Source: Lytechinus pictus (taxonomy: Eukaryota). Taken from it: a stretch of 64,000 nucleotides of DNA. The stretch lies in NCBI RefSeq assembly GCF_037042905.1, contig NC_087245.1, positions 11,782,001 to 11,846,000 on the forward strand. The letters are read 5' to 3'. The translations under genes were made by a program, and so were the position numbers. Each line of letters starts with the position of its first letter. Within the stretch, counting starts at the first letter, position 1. Shown here in pieces: positions 25,795-35,716 of the stretch. The notes beneath the pieces were generated by a model, which saw only the letters and a program-made list of their open reading frames with translations, was not told where the DNA came from and did not search any database.

Positions 25795-27390
25795 AGCGAA
25801 AAAATGAAAAATGATGGGAAGCGAATCATCTTTGAATAAAAGACGTAACCGATAAAATAAACACACAGAATTGATAAACACAAAATGATGGAAAGCAAAT
25901 CTACTCGTTCTTTGAATAAACAGACGAAACTGATTAAATTAAAACACAGAATTGATGAACAGGAAAATGGAAAGCAAATCTACTCGTGCTCTGAACGTCA
26001 TAATGATGGAAAGTGAATCTACTCGTTCTTGGAATGAACGATGTAACTGATAAAATAAAAATACAGAATTGTTGAACAGAAAAATGATGGACAGCGTTTC
26101 TTCTTTAGATAAAAGACGTAACTGATGAACAATGAAAACAAAACACAGAATTGATGGAACTCAAAAAATGATGGAAAAGGAATCAACTCGTTCTTGCCAT
26201 GAACGATGTAACTGATAAAATATACAGAATTGAACAGAAAAATGATTGAAAGCGAATCTTCTTTGAATAAAAGACGTAAATGATGAAATTATTAAAAAAA
26301 AACTGAATAATGATGAACAGAAATTGGGAAAAACGAATCTACTTTCCTTTGAATGAACGACGTAACTGATGAAATAAAAATACAGAATTAATGAACAGAA
26401 AATGATGGAAAGCGAATCTTTGAATAAAAGTCGTCAGTGACGAAAAAAAAAACACAGAATATTGATGAACAGAAAATGATGGTTAGCAAATCTAGTAATA
26501 TCTGTTCCATTCTTAATGGATTTCACATCTCATTGGTTGTGTTTTTTTTTTATGTTCTATAACTATGATTAATTCTAACTTGATTCTAAATCTCTGTTTC
26601 ATAACTTCATAATAAAACTCAAATCTGAATTATACTCGTCCTTTGAATTAACGTCGTAACTGATTAAATGAAAAAAGGGTCAATCAATGAACAGAAAAAT
26701 GATGGTAAGCAAATCTACTCGTCCTTTGAATGAACGACGTAACTGATAAAATAAAAATGCAGAATTTATGAACAGAAAAATGATGGAAAGCGAATCTTTG
26801 ATTAAAAGACGTAAGTGAGGAAATTGAAAAAAAACAGAATTGATAAACAGAAAATGATGGTTAGCAAATCAACTCGTCCTTTAAATGAACGATGTATTAC
26901 TGATTAAAAAAAAACAAAAAAAAAAACAATGAACAGAAAATGATGGAAAGCGAATCTTCTTCTTTGAATGATGAATAGAAAAATGATGAAAATACTCGTT
27001 CTTTTGAATGAAATACGTACCTGATTAAAATTACAGAATTGAAGAACAAAAGATAAAAAATAAAAGATAGAAAAAGATTATCTACTTGATTTGATTTGAC
27101 TTTATTTTACATATTTCACAAGTACAAACAAAATTATGAAAACAATATCAGAAAACTTATGAGAATACAAATCAGACAACAATTAATTCAAATTAAAGAA
27201 AATAGCGATTTGGAATTAAAGACAATTTAAAAGAGTGAAATATGAGGGAACCTGCATAAAAAGCAAGACTTGTCCTTTAAACGGAAGACGTCTTTGATAA
27301 CATAAACACTGAAAAATAAACCATGGAGCTAGCTCCACAAATAAACAGTGGAAAGATAATCTACTCGTCCTTTAAGCCAAAGATGTAACT
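25795..27390. repeat. Degenerate ~75-80-bp tandem satellite inside the 9-kb element
   Basis: Recurrent CAGAATTGATGAACAGAAAATGATGGAAAGCGAATCT...TTTGAAT...GACGTAACTGAT. Confidence 0.8.
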
Positions 27391-29127
27391 ATAACTGGGT
27401 CACTCGGTCAGGAGCTGGGCACATGGATTTCTAGCGGGGACTCGTCTGATGCGCGCGCTTGAGGCAGTTTTTCAACCCGCTGTCTAGCTATTGGGAATTT
27501 AGGATTTTCAACCCGCTGTCTATCGGGTTGAATATCTTGAAGTGCAAATGACGGGATGGTGAATTAAAAGAGAATAGGACTAAGTGGGTTTAGCCCGAAT
27601 GTTGTTAGCCCATCTGATGATTAGACCAAGTGATAATAGACCATCCGTCAGTAAACCGACGGGATTGCATCGGGATTGCGTCGTGTTTTGACCAAAAAGT
27701 GCCTAGAGTTGAGGCGCAAACTACATGAACAAATAGAGATCAAATCTGAAAAAATCTCGTGTTTTACGTGAGCATTGGGCCTCTCTTCTGCCAGCTGCAT
27801 GCGTGAAATTGACGCGTGAATTTCACGCGCGAAATCGGCTGGTGGTAATTTTTTGGGTCACGCCTGTCTCGCGGTAGATGCGTGACCCTTCGGAAGGGTG
27901 TCAACTTTATTCCGAGCAATACTGTAAGAGTAATCAAGTATCACTGAATATCTCGTGCGAGTTTCAGTTCACATGACCAAAGTCAAAGGTCATATGTTGT
28001 AGGAAAAAATTTGAATAAACCTAATTTCTTGTAATAAAATACAACAGAATGAGTGTTGGTAGATTTAAATCACAATTTTTTTTGTAATCATTGATTTAAA
28101 TCACTTCCATTTATTTGAAACATGTACAAAATGAATCACATTTATTTTTGTTTGTGGCAGTTTTATTTTTATCTACTCAGAACAATTTTTATCTACTCAG
28201 AACAATTTAAATCAAGTCAATTTCATTGACTTGATTTAATTCTAGAAAAAATAGTTTACAAAAGACTCGATAAATTCATCAACAAATACAATATTCTAAA
28301 TTCTTTTTCTTATCAATATGGTTTTAGGAAAAGTTATTCAACAGACTTAGCATTACTTCAAATATATGACGAAATTTAACAAATACCATAGCAGGTGGAT
28401 GCGGTGAATGATAGAATGTCAATTAAACTTAATGTAATATGACTGTCAGCCTCATATTTAGAGGCAGTTTAACAGCAGGGAACAAGTAAATGTTATAATA
28501 ATTTGACAATTTTGAAAAAATGCAGGTCTGAATGTAATACATGATTTTCCGTTTGAAAAGCCACTTTCAAAAGGCCGTTTCCGTGAATTCTGTGAAATCG
28601 AGGAAAATCACTGTCCCAACATACATGTAATAGCAGGTATTATCGACAACCAGAGAAACGTTATCATTGTTAAGTGGCAAAAACAAGCGATTATTGACAA
28701 GACTATTGATAACAGCCCTAGTGAATGACGTCATCAGTCTCCCCATTTGCATACTGACCAGGATGTGCCTATTTTTGTCTCGCCTGCATAGCAGAGCGAG
28801 TCTATAGGCGCCGCTTTTCCGACGGCGGCGGCGTCGTCAACATTGAAATCGTAACCAAGGTTAAGTTTTTGAAATGTCATCATAACTTAGAAAGCATATG
28901 GACCTAGTTCATGAAACTTGGACATCAGGGTAATCAAGTATTAATGAACATCCTGCTTGACTTTCAGGTCACATGACCAAGGTCAAAGGTCATTTAGGGT
29001 CAATGAACTTTGGCCATGTTGGGGTTATTAGAGGAATAGTCATAAATTTTATGGATCTAGTTCATGAAACTTGGACTTAAGAGCAGCAATGTATCCCTGA
29101 ATACCCTGTATGCTTTTCAGAAACATG

Positions 29128-31150
29128 AGGGCCGTCTGCACCATCCCGAGTTTTCAAATTAGCGCGCTATTTCTGATCCGGCAAATTATCCTGATCTGAA
29201 AAATCTCGAGATTGTTTGCAGTGGAGACGCAATTATCGCGCTAGTTCGCAGGATTAATCTCGAGATTGCAATCCCAAGTCAACTCGTGTTTATTTGCAAA
29301 ATAGCGCGCTATTTTACGAATTATCCCGCTAATTCGTAGGTGCAGACGCACTCGAGATTGGACTCGGGGTAATTTATTCATGACGTCAGTCCATAATGCA
29401 ATTCGCGTTCCACTTCCGCCTTGGTCAAAACATAAACACATGCACTTTATACACGCGAATAGACCTTATCGCAAAGTTTATAGCGTTCATCGTTTCCCCA
29501 ATAAGCAACTATGGTGTCCCACCAGTGAATGGATTTTGGGAGAGACCAGACCGATGGGGGGAGGCGCTCATTATCGACGATGGTCATAGTCAATAACAAA
29601 ACACTGACAGCAGTGTCATCTTATTTATTTATTCATTTATTTATTAATTCATTGGAACCATGACAGTTGGATTATTGACAATGCAAAGTAGTACAATTAA
29701 ATACCCAATTACATTTGAAAGAAATATTTAAAAACTGGTGAGAAATATGTGACAATATACACTGTACATTAATACCAAAACAAACAGGGAAATAACCAGC
29801 ATAAAAAGGAAAACGGAATATGAAGAATAAGCAGGGAATGAAAACAAGAATATCTATTCAAATTTGAAAAAATACTCACATGAAACAGGGGGGGGGGGGG
29901 GGCAAATAACCTGATCCGCATTTCTTTATAAATGGTCAAACCAGATCATTCAGAATAAATTAGGATAGTTAATAGGTAATTCGGATGGGAAGGAGAAAGA
30001 GATGGGGAGAAAGTAAGAAAGAAAAAAGAAAGGAAAAGAAGAAAATAAATAAAAGGAAGAAGAAAAAGAAGATGAATATGAAGGAGAAGCAGCAGAAGAA
30101 AAAGAAGAAGAGAAAAAAAGGAAGTAGAAAGAGGAGGGGGAGTATGAAAAAGGATAAGGGGTCAAAAAGGAGAAGGAAGGAGGAAAGAAAGAAAGAAAAG
30201 AAGGAGAGAGAGAGAGAGAAGAGGAGGAAAAGGGGAAGGGAGCATAAAGAATGAACCTGGAAGATATTACACATTGTATCACTTTCAAGTATACAGACTT
30301 AACATGATAGCAAATCTGGAAATACGCAATATTTAAATATAAAAATGTATGTATAACATCAAGAGACTGCTCGATCCTTTCAACTGGGTAATAAACAAAC
30401 CCATTGTCTAATGCGCTAATTCTTGTTATTAAAGGTTGTACAGACACCAGGGGATAAAGCTCTGTTTGTACCTCTTTGTTTTACACGTTGGCAAGGGAAA
30501 TTGTTTTCTTTTCCTAAAATCATACTTATACTCTTTCTTTGATGGAAGGAGGTTATTTAAGATATGATCTGACTTTTGCAATTGGAGGAATTGCTTTTCA
30601 CACATGATTCTCCTGCGGTCGGATAACAATTCTAAGTTTAATTCTTTGAGTGCCTCAGTATACGATAATTGTGGGTTGATTATACACATTGCTCGTTTTT
30701 GTACAGATTCCAGTAATTGTGATTGTTCGTTTGTTAACCCCCCCTTCGCAAAATGTGAGCAATTAGCATTTCTTTCCTCCTCTCTCTCTGTCACGGTCGT
30801 TGCCTCCTTCTCCGCCATGACATTAAAACCATCATATTTAACGAAGAATACATCACTTCAGTCTTCACTCGCTGAGCGCGGCTGAGCTGAGAGGATTGTT
30901 GCATAACACCGGCGGTCGAATTCGGCGAATGCATATCGCGGGAAGTTATTCAAAAGCGCGCGCCGTTGAAACACCAAGATCCAAAAGTGCGCATGCTCGG
31001 AATATCGGGCCTGTTGCCTCGCTCGAGCAGGAATCGCTCTTCGTGCGATGGTGGAGACGGGGTTTCTTGAATCTCGAGATTAATCGCGAAGAGGGCCGAT
31101 CGGGCTAAAATCTCGAGATTGAGCGAACTCGGGATGGTGCAGCACCGCCT
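29128..31150. mobile_element. PIF/Harbinger-like element (3-bp TSD ATG) nested in HINE F
   Basis: TIR AGGGCCGTCTGCACCATCCCGAGTT / AACTCGGGATGGTGCAGCACCGCCT. ATG at 29125-29127 and 31151-31153. ATCTCGAGAT subterminal repeats. Confidence 0.82.
29621..30744 (-). mobile_element. 5'-truncated CR1/L2-group LINE (ORF2 C-terminus, 3' UTR, TAAA-type tail) inside the Harbinger element
   Basis: GLTNEQSQLLESVQKRAMCIINPQLSYTEALKELNLELLSDRR...LNNLLP...CKTKRYKQSFIPWC* is a typical post-RT region of these LINEs. AATA-type repeat tail at 29621-29650. Confidence 0.82.
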
Positions 31151-31271
31151 ATGGCCAAGATCAAAGGTCATTTAAAGGTCAATGAACCCTGGCCATGTTG
31201 GGAGTATAGTGTTGAATTGGCATCATAACTTGGGAAGTTTATGGATCCAGCTCATGAAACATCAACATAAG

Positions 31272-31684
31272 CAGACCTGCTAACCAGTACGTTTTAGCCG
31301 TATTTAGTACGTTTTTGCAACCAAAATACGGCAGTACGTTTTTTCTTTGAAAAATATGTTTTTTTTTTTTTTTAACTAAATCATAATTTATTGAGAAAAA
31401 TAATCACTATATGTCTCTAATATGGTTATTAGATCAATGTAATTTCAGGTAACTTGTTTTTTTTTTCAATCATTTTGTTCAAACCAGGGTGAAGATATAC
31501 ACATGTTTTAATTTTTTTTTTTTTCAACTGCAAGAGCAGTGCGCATTTTAGCTTGCATGCAGCTTGAGCGCCGCGATGAGCGAGTGCGCCAAGCATTTTA
31601 TTATGAAATACACTTTTTGGGGGAAAAATACAAGTTTTTTAATCACAGAATACAGTTTTTAATTCCCAGAGGTTGGCAGGTCTG
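31272..31684. mobile_element. hAT-like MITE with 6-bp TSD nested in HINE F
   Basis: TIR CAGACCTGCTAACC / GGTTGGCAGGTCTG. CATAAG at 31266-31271 and 31685-31690 (single in the HINE consensus). Confidence 0.85.
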
Positions 31685-31941
31685 CATAAGGGTAATCAAG
31701 TATGAATGATTGCTTTGCACGTCTTAGGTCACATGATCATGGTCAAAGGTCATTTTGGGTCATTGGACATATTTTATTATCATATTAGTGTTTTCTTCTG
31801 TGAATAATTATTCATCAGCTGTTTCGAATTGCGTAATGCAGGCGAGACTGTCATAGGCATTCCACTTGTTAATGTTTTCAATGTTGGATTTTTCTCTTTC
31901 TATTCAAATCAACTTTTTGTTGGGGTAGACTTGTCCTTTAG

Positions 31942-32033
31942 TATGTTTATGTTTAACAGGTCTGTTCATTCCTACCCAACCCGCACATCTGGAAACCTCC
32001 ATCTCACTAAACCCAAACTTATTTTAACACACA
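31942..32033 (+). mobile_element. Small CR1/L2-type LINE ORF2 C-terminal fragment
   Basis: MFMFNRSVHSYPTRTSGNLHLTKPK fits the F..N...H.Y.TR...NLH motif. Confidence 0.55.
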
Positions 32034-32066
32034 ATTATTTTCTGTTTTGCCTTTATTACCTTACAG

Positions 32067-32164
32067 GTATAGTACTCGCTCATTGTCCGGAAGGAAGTCA
32101 GCAAGGGAATACAAATAAAGGAGTTGCAGTAATAGCAGAATATTTGGAAAGCCTCGGTATGTAA
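32067..32164 (+). CDS. PFN: Profilin, last coding exon
   Basis: Acceptor TTACCTTACAG ending 32066. G(3452)+GT restores a Gly codon. Encodes (G)IVLAHCPEGSQQGNTNKGVAVIAEYLESLGM*, the typical echinoid profilin C-terminus. Confidence 0.93.
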
Positions 32165-35100
32165 TGTTTGCCCAACTGTAGGATTTTGTAAATGAAAGGA
32201 GATTTTACTTGAATTTTGATCATTTGAGGAGCATGAGAAAAGATAAATCAAGGACTGTTTTGAGTACCAACATGGCTTCTCTATCACTTTGGATCTTTGA
32301 AAGGTTGGTTAAAGATATCAAGTTTAATAATAATGTTGCACTCTTCATGAATATCATTACATCAATTTAATGGAAATGTTACCAGCTACAGCGGTGAATT
32401 ATTTTGGTCTAAATTTTAATGTTGTTTAGTGAGGCCTTTTGAGGGATGACTTTGAAATATGGGGTACATATTAAAAGATTTGTTGTTTTTGCGAAGTCTG
32501 ATACACAGAATTAAGAGAAAATGTCAGCAGATTCATGTATCTGTGCAACATGAAGTGATGTTACAAGATGTAATGAACACATGTACTATTGATGTAAAAT
32601 GATTCATCTTTTATTAAAGGATCAAATGACATTTGTGTTTTTAGAACATGAACCTACTGAAAGTGGAGGTTTTTTCGAATCTAATTTGAATTATCATTCA
32701 AAAATGATTGCACATACATGTAATAAGAGTGTTCTGGTTTGTGAGTTTGCATCCATACAGGCAATACAGCATGCTTTTCAAACTTTGCAAGATCAACAGG
32801 TTCTTGTCAAGATCAACCTTTGACACATTTGAGTAAAGTTGTCTGTTCTATGTTGGGTATGTGTTTCCTCAGGCCTGTCGCAGAAGGGGTTCCATTAAAA
32901 ATGCAGCTCATAAAATCAAGGGGGAATCCCAAACATGCACCCCTGATTGCATTTCATTTTAATTTCGGAGTTCGCTTTTACTGACAACACTTTCTGCAAA
33001 GGGCCGAAAGTGAAGATCCATATGGGGAAATCAGTACAGAATCATCATAATGTACTCTCACTGGTCTCCAAACCGGAAAATTTCCTGGTCTCCGAGAACT
33101 CATGTTGCGGTTGCAGGGAACTCTCTCCCCTCTTGATTGAGGTGTTCGGGGATAAAATTCAGAGGGGAAAGTAACTTGGGATAGGTACATGTAATTGATG
33201 AGCCACACCGGTTTTCACACAGTGCACATGCATGAAATTGGTGTTGGGATGTTACAGCTGTGTGACAACAGTATACATTTAGGCTACACATAATTTGCTA
33301 ATTCTGTGAGGCTTGGAGTCTACATCTGATGATATGAAGCTAAGCGTGAATGGTTGTTACATGTAGTATTAAAGAACAGATAGAAAATGACTATTTCCCC
33401 GTGTATAATATTAACACTCATAACAGATGGATAAGCTGTCCATTTCAAGTATTAAAAAGCACTTGATAGATTCTTCCTTGGAATTCTTGCTTAAAAATGT
33501 AGAGTAAAATATACTGTACAAGGTGTTTGTTCTGAATCCATCATTAAAAACATTGCAAGAATTCCTTTGACTTTCCATTCTGGGGTTTGCAATTTTCTCT
33601 TGAGGACTGTATTTCATTACAGTACAGATACCAATAAGCTTTGAATTGCACATGACTTGAGCTAAATTGTTAGTTAGTAGCTACATTGAACTTGTGCTAA
33701 ACCCCACAATACAAGTAGGTTTGAATGTCTCGGAGAGAAAATTGCATTCATCCCATTATGTTTTTTATAGGATTGTCCTGCCCGATATACTATACACAGT
33801 GCATTAACTTGTACTGTATATTCCGTTTCAGTCTTTAACCTTTGTGCAGTCAAATTCAACTGTTCTCTTTATTTTTCAATAACTGAGCCATTCGTTTGAA
33901 TAAATGCAAGATGCTCATTTACCATTTCAAACAAGAAAAATCTTTTCAAGTTCATAAATCATATTGAACGTTTTCTCAGTGTGTAACTTTTAATAATCCC
34001 CTGAGAGCTAGTCACAAGGCATAAATTTCTTGTACAGAACCATGTCCTCATTCAGTTTGCATTGTTGCCATGTTTGGCAATCTAGATAATCTACAGGTCT
34101 TCAAAAAACAACATCTCTTCAAAGAAAGTAATTTGAATGTTAGTAGAAACAAATTCAATTTGACCAGTATGTATTAAATCGGGGACCAATAGTACTGGGT
34201 CCAGTCTTACAAAGAGTTATGATTGATCAACCAGAACTATGGATGGCCAGCAACATCAACATGTAAAATGCAAATTTGTTCAAAATTTGTAGATACGATG
34301 TACATTTATCATTCTATTGAAGATTCATGTGATTCTCTTTAATAAGAAGATTGTGCAAATTTCATGTAGAAAAAAATATGGTATGGATGGATTTCCATAC
34401 AGTTGAGATTGATTGGATCAATCGTAACTCTTTGTAAGACGGGGACCAGGTTGACCTTCCTTTCAGAGATCCTCCAAAAACACTGGTTTTAACTTTTTTC
34501 ATCACGAAAAACCTAACATTTATATTGAGGGCATATTTTGCAAATAGGGAATCAGTTGCTTCTTATTCTTGATCAGCATATTGTAGTTTATGTTATTTTA
34601 TTTTACAAAAGTGATAACATAACTTTTTTTTTCTAAAAATTACAAACACTGAAGTGTGAAGGGGATAGTGGGGTAAGATAAAAGAAGCTGTTTTTCTTTA
34701 GTATTATTACACATTCTAGAGTAAATGATTTGCCAATGATGGGATTTTTTTTACCTGTGTAATATACATGTAGGTATTTTACATACAAAATGTTGGTATC
34801 CTGCAAATTTAGACTTGAGTTCTTCACACTATTTTTTCGTTAATGTGTGTACTGAGATTTATGATTACAAGATTATCATTAAAATGACTATTTGGTGATA
34901 TCGAGCATAGAGAAAAGTATTTAAGTTTCATATAAATTGAACTGTATTGAAAATGTACTACCTACATGACAAAAATATATTGACTGATGGTGATTTATAT
35001 AGGTTTCCTAATTTTATACTTTCCTTTAAAATATTAATTTTAGGGATAGATGTTCAAATAGTTTTAAAACTTATGTGTGCATCGTTATCATCGGGTAATG

Positions 35101-35716
35101 ACTGCACTTTAATCTAAACAGTGTATGATGTAAATACGTGTGTACCGTATTTGAAAGACATTTTTGAAATGCTAATAAGAGAGTTGCAGTTTGAATTGGT
35201 AATAAAACCATTTATAAGAAGATGGAGGTTGCTCGATAAATGATGCATGTACATTTAGAAGTAGGATAATATGGGCAATTAGTCAAATACTAATAATTTA
35301 TTTACTGTTTATTTATTCACCAATTTTGTGTTGCTATATTTTTTTTCATCTTTATTTTTATTATTTGTTGTAGCCTTGTAGGTAAATCACATTTAGTTAT
35401 TAGAAACAACAACACCACATGTATGTATTGTAAACAAGAGATAAGTTTGTATGTATTTTTGTTATGTCATTTATGAAAGTCATCCAAATAATTGTTTATG
35501 ATACTTGTATCTACATGCATTAGGAATGCAATGGTTTGAAAGCCCTTATAGCTTATACATAATAATAAAGGTTTCTTTTCGGCAAGACATGGGGAATGCA
35601 GTCATGTGACAGCAAATGTTATCATTCATTTACAGATATCTCTTTAATAGTAAAAAAAAAAATTGTTTACATTCAATTGAATAGGCCACTTTGGTGATTT
35701 GATCCTTGTTAATAAA
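32165..35716 (+). other. Putative long profilin 3' UTR (end uncertain)
   Basis: TE-poor AT-rich sequence after the stop. AATAAA at 33899, 35201, 35564 and 35711. Confidence 0.4.
34198..34446. mobile_element. Harbinger-like MITE (CWG flanks) in the putative 3' UTR
   Basis: CTG|GGTCCAGTCTTACAAAGAGTTATGATTGATC ... GATCAATCGTAACTCTTTGTAAGACGGGGAC|CAG. Confidence 0.75.

Larger units (their letters stand above)
18867..27924. mobile_element. 9,058-bp Tc1/mariner-like element (CAGT termini, TA TSD) with no recognisable transposase
   Basis: Perfect 25-bp TIR CAGTATTGCTCGGAATAAAGTTGAC / GTCAACTTTATTCCGAGCAATACTG. TA is duplicated relative to the HINE consensus GGACATAAGAG. Confidence 0.88.
18439..27995 (+). 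mobile_element. HINE family 1, copy E (3' truncated), split by the 9-kb element
   Basis: HINE head at 18439. The repeat breaks at CTTGGACATA (18866) and resumes TAAGAGTAATCAAGTATCACTG at 27925. Confidence 0.8.
28775..31870 (+). mobile_element. HINE family 1, copy F, with two nested insertions; itself inserted in a Kolobok-type family-2 MITE (~28720-28770 and 31871-31940)
   Basis: Head GTCTCGCCTGCATAGCAGAGCGAG and tail ATGCAGGCGAGACTGTCATAGGCATTCCACTTGTT. The flanks match internal and terminal parts of the 56750-57949 element. Confidence 0.8.
3453..32066 (+). other. 28,614-bp phase-1 GT-AG intron of profilin, filled with nested TEs
   Basis: Reading frame and protein sequence are continuous across the two flanking exons, with no missing profilin segment. 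Confidence 0.88.

Noticed and set aside
31829..32066. N-terminal part of the 111-aa ORF that ends in the profilin exon
   Set aside because: Read-through of HINE, Kolobok and LINE fragments upstream of the true acceptor. The same applies to 3224-3268.
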